Shown here piece by piece: positions 42,513 to 53,978 of a stretch of DNA of 64,000 nucleotides. A program made the translations under genes and the position numbers. The notes beneath the pieces were generated by a model. The model was not told where the DNA came from and ran no database searches. It saw nothing but the letters and a program-made list of their open reading frames with translations. Numbering within the stretch: the first letter of the stretch is position 1; each line of letters starts with the position of its first letter. The DNA is from Fimbriosthenelais zetlandica (taxonomy: Eukaryota): contig OZ365109.1 of NCBI GenBank assembly GCA_977030845.1, forward strand, positions 52,080,001 through 52,144,000, written 5' to 3'.

Positions 42513-43503
42513 CTAAATTAATTGGGTGGAGCCAATGCAAAGGTCTTTAAGACTCAATGCCTTTAAGAACTTGCTTAGACTAGAGGCAAATGTGATAAGT
42601 TCATTATATCACGCTCTCAACAAAATGATGCATAACTGTTACTCCAAGCAAAAATATGTCACGCTCTCAGATTGACCATGGAATAAAAGACGAGAATTGC
42701 AGCACGCGCCTCTATGGCTCCATTATCACCCTCGCCTGACCCCTAGCGGATGACGCGCCCACTATTCTTTCCTTCAACCTGTCACAGAGTGGGCCCATTA
42801 TCAGGGAAAATTGAATGAGATGTAGTTGAGGGTATAGCACGGTGCACAATGGAAATAGACTTCCCTTCTTATGATTGAAAAACAGTGCTTATCTATAATA
42901 GAATCTGTCTTTTTGACATATATATTAAAACAATAAGATTATGGATGGGTATACAGCCGCTTGTAATATTAATTTGAAAATTGTTTAAATAACCATGCAG
43001 ATCCACGCGGGCAACAAGCTTTGGTCAATCGGAATCATTTCAGAAGAACGAATTATAAAATAATATCTCGGGGTATTAAAAAGTGAAATTAAAAACAAAC
43101 TGAAATTGGTAATGTATGCCAACTGCTTATATATTTTTAGCTATTATTTAGGAATGACATACGTTTGAGATTCTTGGAGAGATTTCAAGCCAGACTTCTT
43201 ATGGATAGATGGATTGATTGGATGAGTTGGGGACCGGGCAGTTGTGCCACCTCGTGATTCAAAGCCGTACTACAAATAGTGCAGTCAAAATGTTGTGGTT
43301 GAGAAAGACGAGAATGATATAGACTTAGTACACGGCTTTGGTGGTTACCGTTAACTACTGCTTCAAGGAACGCTAGATTATTGGAACCATAATTCAGTGC
43401 CATAAAGTAGGTCCACTAAACAGACTGAAGACTCAATCCAAAATGTTAGACCTTTAGGTACCAACAAAAAATCTCATGATCTACCTGCTTTGAAATACAT
43501 GTA

Positions 43504-43509
43504 TTTATT
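43504..43509 (-). terminator. Candidate polyadenylation signal for VPS33B
   Basis: AATAAA on the minus strand about 245 nt after the stop codon. Confidence 0.4.
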
Positions 43510-43752
43510 TTCTTGGTTACTATGGAGAGGCATATGAGAAGTAAACACAAACTACATGTACATTCGACTCATGTAGACATAATATTGCACATTTCCAAAA
43601 CAAACTGGGACTATTGTGTAGGGAAAATGATTCATAGATTTAATACATAGTTCTAACTATGTAACTTTCAGATATTACTGGTAGACAAGCACGACTTCGG
43701 ACAACTAGTTGACATATTCTAGAATTCTTCTAGAATTCACAGAATAAACTCC

Positions 43753-46700
43753 TCATTTGTCAATTTTATCTGATACCAAATCTATCAATTCTGCGCCCTT
43801 TACAATGTTTGTGGTCGCAATGAGGAACTTATACCCTGAAACAATAAGAGAAAATATTTAATACAAGGAATATCCAAGTTTTTTGGACAATTCATGCTAT
43901 GTAACTACATGTATTAAAATACTTTAGGAAAGTCATTAAACATGTGTGTTGAGTCGGTTTGATATAGGTACAAGAAGAATTAGTATTTCCTTTGTGTTCG
44001 TTTTCTTTTGTTGTGGAGGGAGGAGGGGAGGTGGAGGAGGGTGGGCGTAGCTTACGTACCTTTCAGTTTTCCAAGGAAACGAAGAGCTACAATTTCAGAG
44101 AAGGTGCAGCCTCCCAGGAAGAAAACAAGGACAACATGTGACGAGGCTGGAGCCGAGCCCCCGGAGGTCCTTCCTATTATTAAAAAAATTGATTTTATAT
44201 TTGTTCACAAAATATGGATAGGAAGGCAGGAATTAAACATAGAGGTTATTACTGGTAGATGAAGTGGGACGAAGCAATGCTCCTAGGGCACAGAATAAAA
44301 AAGATACAGGTTATTATATTCAGTAAGTTATAACTGCCACAACTTCCAAACAGCTTGTTGATATTGGGAGGATAGGTTCATACTGAAAATACCATGATAT
44401 AACTGGATAAAATAAACATTCCAATCTGACAAACTTTTACAATAGAAGAAAATGATAAACATTGAAATATAACACATTATGCAAAAATAACATATTCTGA
44501 ATACATGTAGGTGATTCTTATCGCTCTTATTCAATATATTTCCTTGATAAGTTCGGTAAGGTTTGTGTGTAAAAAAATATCTTTATTCTGGGGTAAAAAC
44601 AATGGCCTATATAAATTTACGTGTGTCATATAATTATTATGTGTGGTAGAGGTAACTTTTTGCAGTTTTGTAGTAGGAAAGTGGACGTGGGATATTGATA
44701 TTAATTTAATATTAATGTCAGCCTAATATTAACTTTATAGTTGCGTTAGACCAACCTTCTGGTGAGTCATTTTGAACCATGCCTGGCAAAAGACAAGCGT
44801 GTGAGTCTTGAGTATACATATATATCATAAACAAGCTATCCATTAGGTATTAGTTCAATATTAGTCCGACTGAAAGGAAAGTTGGGATAACACGAGTTTC
44901 CTTCTATTGTTTAGATATTCATGAACATGCTGTTAGATAGGAATAAAGGGCTCAACATGTTTTATTATCTCTATATATATCTATAGATCTAAGGCTCTAA
45001 ATAATCTATCAAAAATGCAGAAATGAGAACCATGGAAAAACAAATGCGTTTAGTCCTGTTAATACTGTTATAATATACAATAATGAATATTATGTATGAT
45101 ATGGACAGAAAATGACTAATGTATAGTACTGATAAATATGCATAGCCTCCCATAAAAGATGCTTTGATTATGGGCTGATGTTTCATGAAAGCAAATGAAT
45201 TAGATGTGCTATGAAAATGAAAAGAAATCTTACCACTAGACCCTGATTTCCTAGAGTCTGCTTACAAATATGATTGAACAAAAAGAATTTATAAAGAAAA
45301 CTGCCAATAAAACAACTCAGGAAAGAGGATGGTAAGCGGATGAAGAATTGAAATGTACAAATATATTACTAACCTTTCATTGACTTTGGCTGAATTTCAC
45401 AGAAGTTCTGGCCTGCCAGATTTTTTATCACATCTTCCATACCTACAAAGCCCTCTTTAGCCAAGACCTACGAGACAATAAATTATATTAAGTAAAGTTA
45501 ATGATTTTAAGTAACTTCACTATTATTTAAATAAGCACTATTAACTATTACACAATGTTGTGAATCTATATTTATTTACCTGCTCGACTATCCGGCACAG
45601 CATTGGGGTGTAGGCACCACTAAATACGTATGACATGTCGGTTGGATTTTTCAAATCTATGACATCGGCTGACTTAGGAATCTGAAGAAATATTATATTA
45701 TTATTAGTTAAATCTAAACTTTAAAAAATAGCCTGTCTTATTGGGTTCAGAGTACAGTAAAAGTTGCTCTCACTAGGTTGAGTTTCTTGGCCACCGCTCG
45801 GAACTGACTGGACCGGGGAAGTTGTGTGATGGCCGCAACCTTGCCCAGGTGTTTACCGGTGGCTGGCGCTTCTTTTTCCTCTAACAATCCAAGTTTCCTC
45901 AAATTGTGGAATGTTAAAATATGTTCAAATCCATGAGACTGAAAGAAAATAAAATGAGCATATAGCACGTTTATATATCAACGACAACCAACAGCATAAA
46001 ATTTTAAGTTGTTTTTCATACATCTTATCCAATATCATGTTCAAACTTAAAGAAATACCTGCATGAAGTGTGTTTTTAGAAACTTGTATTGGTCCGGTGA
46101 AAGTCCATCCTTTGTCTTGGATAAGAGACACATTAATCTCAATATTAACTTGGGATTCATCTACAAAAATTTAAAGAGATTATTATAAAACATTAGCCCC
46201 TTTATTCTTTATGTACCAAGGTACACATCATTGGCAATAACTTATCTTTTTAAAGTGATTAATAATTATTTTTAAATAGAAATAATGATTATTTATAAAT
46301 ATTACCTGACAATAATATAATTATTTTTCATTCATTTAATTACAATTCTTACTTGTTTGTTCATCATTTCTTCGATATAACTTATGCTTTCCTTCGTGTC
46401 TATGCCCTCCAGCAAACCTGTAAAATAGGTTAAGTGCATATATGATATATGAACAACTCTAATTTGAATCGAAAACATGAACACAATGAATACAATGATA
46501 CAAAAATGTCTCTTACTGTGTTCTGTCCTTAGCTGCTCCTCAAAATCGCCTCTTGTCTTCTGATTGAGTATAACTTCACATGCACCAATATCTGTTGCAA
46601 TAATGTAAAAGAAGTCATATCACATATAGACACTGTTTGTTAAACTGCCATACACTCCGCAAAGCATTCATATCAAAGAGCTGGTTAGTTGGAATATTCA

Positions 46701-49700
46701 TGTTTTACTGACGTAATGTGAGAGATTTGTGCTGCTGTTTAAGTCCCTTCAGGTCATTAGCCACGAAATTCTTCATTTCAGAGACGGATGTCATTCCATG
46801 TCTTTTCTGTAATGCGAGAATGTAATATATAAATTACATGTATGGAAAAGTAAACGTTAAAGATAATCTAAATCCATTATCTAAATAATTACGGTACATG
46901 TACTTACATCGTATCCTGCTTGCAACTCCTTGGCTTTTGCACTAAGGAACCCAAAGACATTTGAAAAATGACGATTTCTTATATCTTCAAATATCTGGAA
47001 AAAAATTATGAAAGTTTAACGTTGAAAATACATAATTACAGGAAAAAAATATTTAGATAAAAATTGTTAGAAGAGCTTTAAAAATGTCTGTCTATAAAAC
47101 TCTTGCTGACTTTAAATAATACTTACTGTATCTGAACTTGTCAGAAGTAGTTTCATAGTCTGATCTCTCCCAGTGATGTCAGGACCAAATTCAATAAACC
47201 CTGAAAAGAGTTTTCAATATCCAAATTACAGTCTGTTCACTCTAAGTTGATCCGAAACCACAGTACATATATATGGTGGTTTCGGATCAACTTAGAGTGA
47301 ACAGACTGTAGGTAAATCAAATTACAATACATGTATTTGATACTTTGTCCATCTATCATAAATGAAGGCTAATTTCATGTACAGATTGAATGTTAACGCG
47401 TCATAATATAAACATACCGCTTGATATCCCAAATGTATCGTCAAGAAGTCCCTCGTATGTGACTTGTGAGCAGAGAGGTGTTACATAATCAACATCTGAA
47501 AGGTGGATATAAGACTCAGCTTAAAACATTTTATATTCGGCACAGAAATATTTAAACATGAACATATAATAATATCATACGCTTAATTTCTATAGTCTAT
47601 AGTAATCACATTTCCTTTTAAAATATCATTTACCGGCATGCATGTTTTTGATAATTTACTTAGTAGCATCTCACCTCTGTCAAATATGAAACAGTGACCG
47701 ATCTCAGATGTTAGCTGGTTGGGTTTACCAACATGTTCAAACATGAGCTTCATCATGCTATGGACCATCTACAAATAAAATAAGTAAATTAAATGTTTGA
47801 AGGCGTCCACGAGTCCTAGTGTGAAGGATTTTTACCAGTAATGGTGGAGCATGATATGGGATGGAAATATAAGAACTTGCCTTGGCGTATCGTCCTAGAC
47901 CATACACATTAGGTATTAGTCCAAACAGCTGCTGAATATTCACTAAAGCTTGGGCGGCTGTATGACACCAGGATGCGTCATTATCCTGAAGTGGAAAAAG
48001 AAATTTTAAATTTCGAAAAATTATTATTTACACAAAGAATATGCAACATATTTAACTTATCTATCCAATAGCCATACTTTATTCTTGGATTTTTCAATAT
48101 TTCCATTAAAATGGAAATATTTTATATTCACAAATCAAATTTAGATTTGAAATGCAGATGGTCTATGACCAGAACAGATTTCACATACCAGGAATGTGGT
48201 TCGGAAGAAGTCTGGTAATTCTAATGAGAGTATATCCGTATCCAGCGGTACAAGGTCCAGGTTGTATTCATCAAGACTTACATTACCATGAACTCCTTCT
48301 TGCTCCAGAATCAACTCGCACGTGTGTAGCTAAAAGAAAGATCAAAATCATTTTAATATTATTTTAAATCAAATAAATAGTGCATAACATTTTCAAAAAT
48401 AATCAAACCGGCCATAGGAAACCCAAATCGGGGATTAAATGCGGGTACATTGATCAAGGATCTAAGAATTCCCTCACCTTTCGCGGGACAAACAGTATCT
48501 TGTAGGTTCTTCTTATGTTCTGATTTTTGTCAGCATTAATCTGACCAGCGATGGTGCTAACCAACGACAACTGAGGTCGGATCATATAAATTCTCCTGAA
48601 ATAGAATCGGTGATGTTATCTATTACATACAATATAACCTCCAGTTGCTGATTAGGCTACATTTAAGATGTTATCTTATAGTTATGGTACCGGCGAATCA
48701 TTAATTACCGGTAGATCTACTTCTTCTCTCCATTGATATTAAAATCATAATCAATAATTAATTTTCAATCTATATTAAATTATCAACCCGAATACAATGG
48801 GATTTTTGAAAATTAATCCAAGTGACAGTGTAATACCGGTATTATTAAAATAAACTCACTGCGATGAACCTTGCGGGGCATTGGCAGCTTCCAGCTTAAA
48901 GATTTTGTCCACTCCATGTTCCTAAACGAGGAAAGAGAAAATTAAATATAATTGTATAAATCAGTCTAATTAGCTGCCATGGACATTTAGTGATTATTTT
49001 TCTACATTAAAGCTGGAACCTGTCGAGGTAGCAGGCAGGCTATCACTAAATTAGGACCAATATATTATTATACATATAAATGTCTACGGTACCTTCAATA
49101 AAGACGCCCCGGCAATACGATCAAGAGGTCGCATTAACTGTGTATCAAGCACTAAATCTTTTGTCCCTGGAACCTGAAAGGAAAAAAAATATTAAAATTA
49201 CTGGTATCGGTAGCTAGGTAGTTCCTACGGTAACATGGTAGCCTACCACCACATGTGACATGGCAGGCCTACAGGAAGAAAGTGTATGTGGACCACCTTG
49301 ACCTGTGACCTAGTCAGACTATACCCTGCGGTAGGCCTAAAATGCACTAATTTGTTATGTAGGCCTAGGCCTATACAGTATACTATAGTATAGGCTCAAA
49401 CTCATAGACAATCACATAGTCTGCCCTTCTAGTTCTACTCTCGGGCTGGCTACAGATCCACTTCATCTAGCTTGAAAATTGTCTTGACAGGATTGTCACA
49501 ATTATCGAACAGCGGAGAAGACAAGAAGGCATGCTGTTGCAAATATAGAAACTAAAGATAGGGGTATCGGTTCCACTTCAGCAAATATTACATCATATTA
49601 AGGCCTATAAAACCCATTCGTCTCTAGATCCACCAACCAGCCAGGGGGGAAAGACACGCCCCTTCCGCCTCACGGTTCAAAACATTGGGCCATTTTGTGG

Positions 49701-49871
49701 GTTTGCATAGCGTCAGTTGCATGATATAAGGTTATTCTACTATGTATCTTTTCCAGAAGATTCATTTATCGCAAGACATACCGATTCCAGGTGTAAAACA
49801 AGCTGATCGCGAGCGATTTGTCGTAAAACTAGTGTGTTAGGAAGAGGGATGCCAGCCATCGGGGACGCCAT
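43753..49871 (-). CDS. VPS33B: Vacuolar protein sorting-associated protein 33B (Sec1/Munc18 family), 20 exons, about 615 aa
   Basis: Minus-strand exons: 49871-49782, 49173-49093, 48921-48860, 48595-48478, 48329-48189, 47985-47881, 47768-47675, 47495-47418, 47200-47127, 46994-46908, 46806-46713, 46591-46517, 46417-46353, 46160-46059, 45938-45774, 45681-45580, 45467-45374, 45257-45234 (micro-exon), 44173-44060, 43835-43753. Total 1848 nt, phases consistent, GT-AG throughout except one GC-AG. The translation carries VPS33B motifs: [89 protein letters not shown]. Confidence 0.95.
47227..47310. mobile_element. 80-bp hairpin MITE (Tc1/mariner/pogo-type, TA TSD), copy 1, in VPS33B intron 8
   Basis: TA + CAGTCTGTTCACTCTAAGTTGATCCGAAACCAC (47229-47261), 14-nt spacer, perfect 33-bp inverse (47276-47308) + TA. 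Confidence 0.85.
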
Positions 49872-50085
49872 CTTGATTACCTAGGGCAAGTGCGCGATTG
49901 TATAAAAGTCTACACAACTCGTGGAGAAATTCAAAGTAGCTACGATTTACTTCTGTATAACTCTGTATAATAGCCCAAAACAATATAGTATATCTATTCA
50001 TGTTTACAGTTCCATTAATGCCTGGGTTTTCAGTGTGGAGAGAAACTAGTCCAACTTCCGGTGACTGAAGCACCGGGAAGTGGTG
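49866..50085 (-). promoter_or_regulatory. VPS33B proximal promoter/5' region
   Basis: YY1-like CAAGATGGCG overlaps the start codon (49866-49875). ETS site CCGGAAGT on the minus strand at 50054-50061, and a second GGAAGT near 50076. Confidence 0.55.
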
Positions 50086-50541
50086 CCCTGAACAGCAAAG
50101 CGGCCAGTAGACGAACTAGACTAGAGTACCGGTAGGGGGAGGCTCTTTCTTTTTGCTTCTCCAGGGCAGCTTATCAGGTTTGGGGATGATCGTACGGGGG
50201 CGTTTGAGGGATTTTAAGCCGTCCTTAGAAATTCTAAAATGAGAAAAACTAAAGAATTTTTTTAAAACAACAGAGAGGCCTAGCATAAAGCATAAAATTA
50301 GCCTATAGCATATAACTGTTCCTCTCCTCATAGTCATAGACCGTGAACTATGCTCAACGCTTGTCGAAGGTGCTGCCACGCCAGATGAACGGCGAACCAT
50401 GGAACTAAAAATGGACCGGGCATAGGCATAGGCCTAGGCCTACCGGTAGCGTTACGGTATAATTATGGCCTAATGAAAATAGGCTAATACCTGTAGGGGC
50501 CTAGTAACGTTACACAATGATGGACACAAGGATTAATTTTC

Positions 50542-50547
50542 TTTATT
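50542..50547 (-). terminator. Candidate polyadenylation signal for the TMEM53-like gene
   Basis: AATAAA on the minus strand about 640 nt after the stop codon. Confidence 0.3.
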
Positions 50548-51185
50548 TGATAGGTAGATCACAAATTAACAAACAAGAGGGCCTAGCCTACTAGGCATAC
50601 TAATACTAGGCTACCGGTATGTAAAATTTAATAGCCCTAGGCCTAGCCTTTACTTATAGGCTAATTTGCTGTTACCAGGCCTACGGTAAATAATTAGGCA
50701 ACGACGGTGCATTATACACGTTTTATAAAGTAGGCTTAATATTATTTATAGCAGTAGGCCTCGGCCTATCCAGAAAAAGGCCTAAATGTTAGAACCAACA
50801 GTAGGCCTAATCAAAATTCCTAATAATATATCACCATTAGCCATTAGGACATGATGAAGCATATCACATAACATTCATTTGACTCTTTTAAACTCAATGG
50901 AAGACACATGCCACTTTATGAAGGAAAGGCATTTCTAAGCCACACATTTTAAACAGAAATATTTAGCCGCTCATTTAGTGTTCTAAAATATACATTACAA
51001 CAATGGCACTTCGTGCTAGACACAACATACGCATACTTATAAAATTTAGCTATTAGGCCTAATGCTCTGGTTCAGAAAGGTTAGGCCTACACATCATAAT
51101 AAATTAAATTCATCCAATGTCTCTCTTTATGGGGAATCACGTAGGCCTACGGTACGGTATACATACTTACTATAGGCCTATAGAA

Positions 51186-52482
51186 TTATTCGGTTTTCTT
51201 ATCGACACCAATTTTGCGTAAGAATGTGTCGAGGGTGGTCACATACTCAGCTGGGTTTTGTCGGAGGTGGCCGGCATGAGGAGAGGACAGCCAGCTTTTA
51301 CCCATGATTTCAGCTGTACCACTATTAGTCCAGTTGTCTATCAAATCTCTGATGGCTACTGGATCACTCATAGGGTCATCTTCTGAGTACAGAAAGAGCG
51401 AGCTACACTTCATGGGATTCTCCATGAACGTCGCCACAGCAAGATTGTAAAATTCCACCGTGTGTCTCCTTGTCATTCTCAGGTACACCTTGACTGAGGC
51501 CATGATCACAGACTGAAAGAAGGATCGACCAGACAGAGTGGTTGCTATGCCAACTCCCATCTTCTCCAGCCCTCCAATAACGATACTGTCAAAAACTTGA
51601 CCTTGAATTCTGGATTTCAGTTTCTCGTGTAGTTTTGGTCTTTTTTGGAGTTCCATCAAAAGGACAGTGTAAATATAAGCGCCTATAGACATGCCATGTA
51701 TGATGATTGGTCGTTTCATATGGCTTTCATTGTGAGTGAGGTACGTTATGATTTCTTGGGCCATGGCTATAGCCTGCGGGGGCCACATAAAATGTTTCAT
51801 CTTGCCTTGGACAGTCAGGACATCCCAACCTTTTTGATGATAGATATCGCAGTATCTATTCACGGGTTTGGTCGGTGCCATGACCCATGGGAAGAAGAGA
51901 ACCAGAGGTTTGGGGACACCACTTCCTTCTCCATCTTCCCCTTCAATAGTATTAGGTTCCACTTCTCTCAGGCAGAGGTGAGGTGTTATGCTGGTCTTTC
52001 GGACTGGTCTCAGTTCATTGGCATTTAATATTCCATCTTCTTTCTCACTGTTGGAATTGCATAGGTAGACCTGTGTAGAAATAAATATATATTCTTCCGA
52101 TTAGATCAAAAGTAAAATTTCAAGTTAACCAAAGGGATGTAATATCTAGCTGATAAAACAGGCCTTTACAGGGCGTTCTTTTCATTTGGTAGGAAATTAT
52201 TATAGCCTAGAGTCTAGACGTATCCGCCCCAAAAATAGCCATTGTGCTATTGTAAAGGCACTCCTTCCACACAATCTGGGCATCCTCTGTCTAACAAGGT
52301 ACAGCTGTCCAGGACGTTTCGAATGCCATCTTTTTTCGTCTTCTCCCCTCCCCACCCATACTTTCTCTCAATCTCACCCTGTACATTTCCTTAGGGAGTC
52401 TCATCTGCCACAATCAACGACCCTTTATCCTTGGACACAACACCCAATGCCACAAAATTATTTTCACTATACAACTCACCAT
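51186..52482 (-). CDS. TMEM53/DUF829-family alpha/beta-hydrolase-like protein (about 295 aa)
   Basis: The main exon 52070-51186 is open from the acceptor ttctacacag (phase 0) to TAA. Motifs PLVLFFPW, IHGMSIG, FDS, LFLYSEDDPM and SPHAGHLRQNPAEY are typical of DUF829/TMEM53. The likely ATG is the last codon of a 15-nt exon at 52494-52480 (ttttacag|TTTGAACTTATAATG|GTGAGT). The 5' end is less certain than the body. Confidence 0.8.
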
Positions 52483-52747
52483 TATAAGTTCAAACTGTAA
52501 AAGCCCGCTACAAGAAAACACGGTTTTTCACGCAACCGGAAACACCTACATATTCAGGTCTCCATGCACAAAATCATTCTACTAGCGATGTCAATAAGTT
52601 TGTGTCCCACTCAGAGCTTCAAACCCTCCATTTCTTCTTTCCAAATAGTTTACTAGGAGTAGAAATACCTGGAGAATTGATTTCTGGCATCAGAATCGGG
52701 GTTTTCTGTACATAAAGCGTAGTAATTGCCGGAAATGCGCGGCTATC

Positions 52748-52783
52748 TCAGAGTGACAGAGGCCCAATGGGCGCCGCCATTTG
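52748..52783 (-). promoter_or_regulatory. YY1-like motif and 10-codon uORF in the putative 5' UTR exon of the TMEM53-like gene
   Basis: CAAATGGCGGC on the minus strand (52773-52783). ATG 52780 to TGA 52748 (MAAPIGPLSL*). Downstream donor CAG|GTATTT at 52669/52668. Confidence 0.4.
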
Positions 52784-53948
52784 CATTTTGCACCTCCGCA
52801 GAAATAGCTCTCATAGGGTTAAATACCAGCCAATCAGCATGAAACTTGGCCATTCAGTGCAGAACAGTACAAACTTCCGTGCCGGACCCAAAACAGCAGA
52901 TAGGGTACGCCCAAACGACGGGTGTTTATATTTTGATTGCATCTTTCACTAACTTATATTGTCATAACACTGTAATGTTACAATAATCTCTTCAATAATA
53001 GATATGCTGTCAAAGCAAGGCGACACAGCATATCGCCTCTCCTTTTCCTTGCGCCTGCCTTGACAAGGTGATAACCGTTTACGAAAATCGTCAATTTATT
53101 GCAATGTGTCTTGTCACAAAGACCCTATATTATGGTACGGTAGTCACTAAAAGGAAAAAGTAAGGATTAATTTCAAACTTGTTACGGCTACTGAAAACGT
53201 ATTTCACCGCCAAGACATTTTTAAACATTGTTCTTTCACCTTAACATACTTGTTTCACTATTTCCTAATATTTAGTCTTTTATTTTATAGGCCTACCATA
53301 GGCTACATTTATTGTATGCTACTCTACCACCTAATATAGGCTACATGTCATAGAAAAAGCATCTAGCATGGGCTATTTCCCTGGACCTAATATATCTAAG
53401 AATAATAAGAAAACTTAACGTCACACAAACCGCTATGTGTAAGTAGGCCTATGCGGAGCGAAAGAAACCTCTGATGTATGGGCATAATTTAGATTAATTC
53501 CATACTCATATTTAAAGATAAAGATATCATTTAGCTTGCCATAGGCCATATGCTGAAGGTATGACACAGCTGGCTCGTAAAACTAAAACTCAATTATTGA
53601 AACTTGAATTATTTTATGGATACAACCTTCTTTTCAATTTGTTGAATGTATCCACTACAGAATGATGGTAACACTGTATAGAACTCATGCAACATGGAAA
53701 AATACGTCTTATTCGCAGCATAGTGAAGTGATGCATACGACCTTCCATAGCCTCGGTCGCTGGCTCGGTCATAACCCACGTTTAGGATAGGGACTAACTT
53801 CCATATTTCAGTGCAACGAGCTCCTGGTTGGAGCAAAGTAGGCCTACACAGAATCCTCAATGAACTGTACATCATGGGCTGTTGCTATTAAATCCTTTTT
53901 TCAAAATGCACCCAAAATACTACTCCCTGACTTCCAATATAGGCCTAA

Positions 53949-53978
53949 CCGGAATCAACTTCCTATACAACCGGAAGT
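53949..53978. promoter_or_regulatory. ETS-motif cluster (candidate upstream promoter)
   Basis: CCGGAA 53949-54, ACTTCC 53958-63 and CCGGAAGT 53971-78, about 75-100 nt upstream of a minus-strand ATG at 53875. Confidence 0.4.

Noticed and set aside
50116-50420. GC-rich ORFs between VPS33B and the TMEM53-like gene (possible small divergent gene, superficial MRPS33-like NYAQRLS)
   Set aside because: No consistent ATG or exon chain, and the similarity does not extend.
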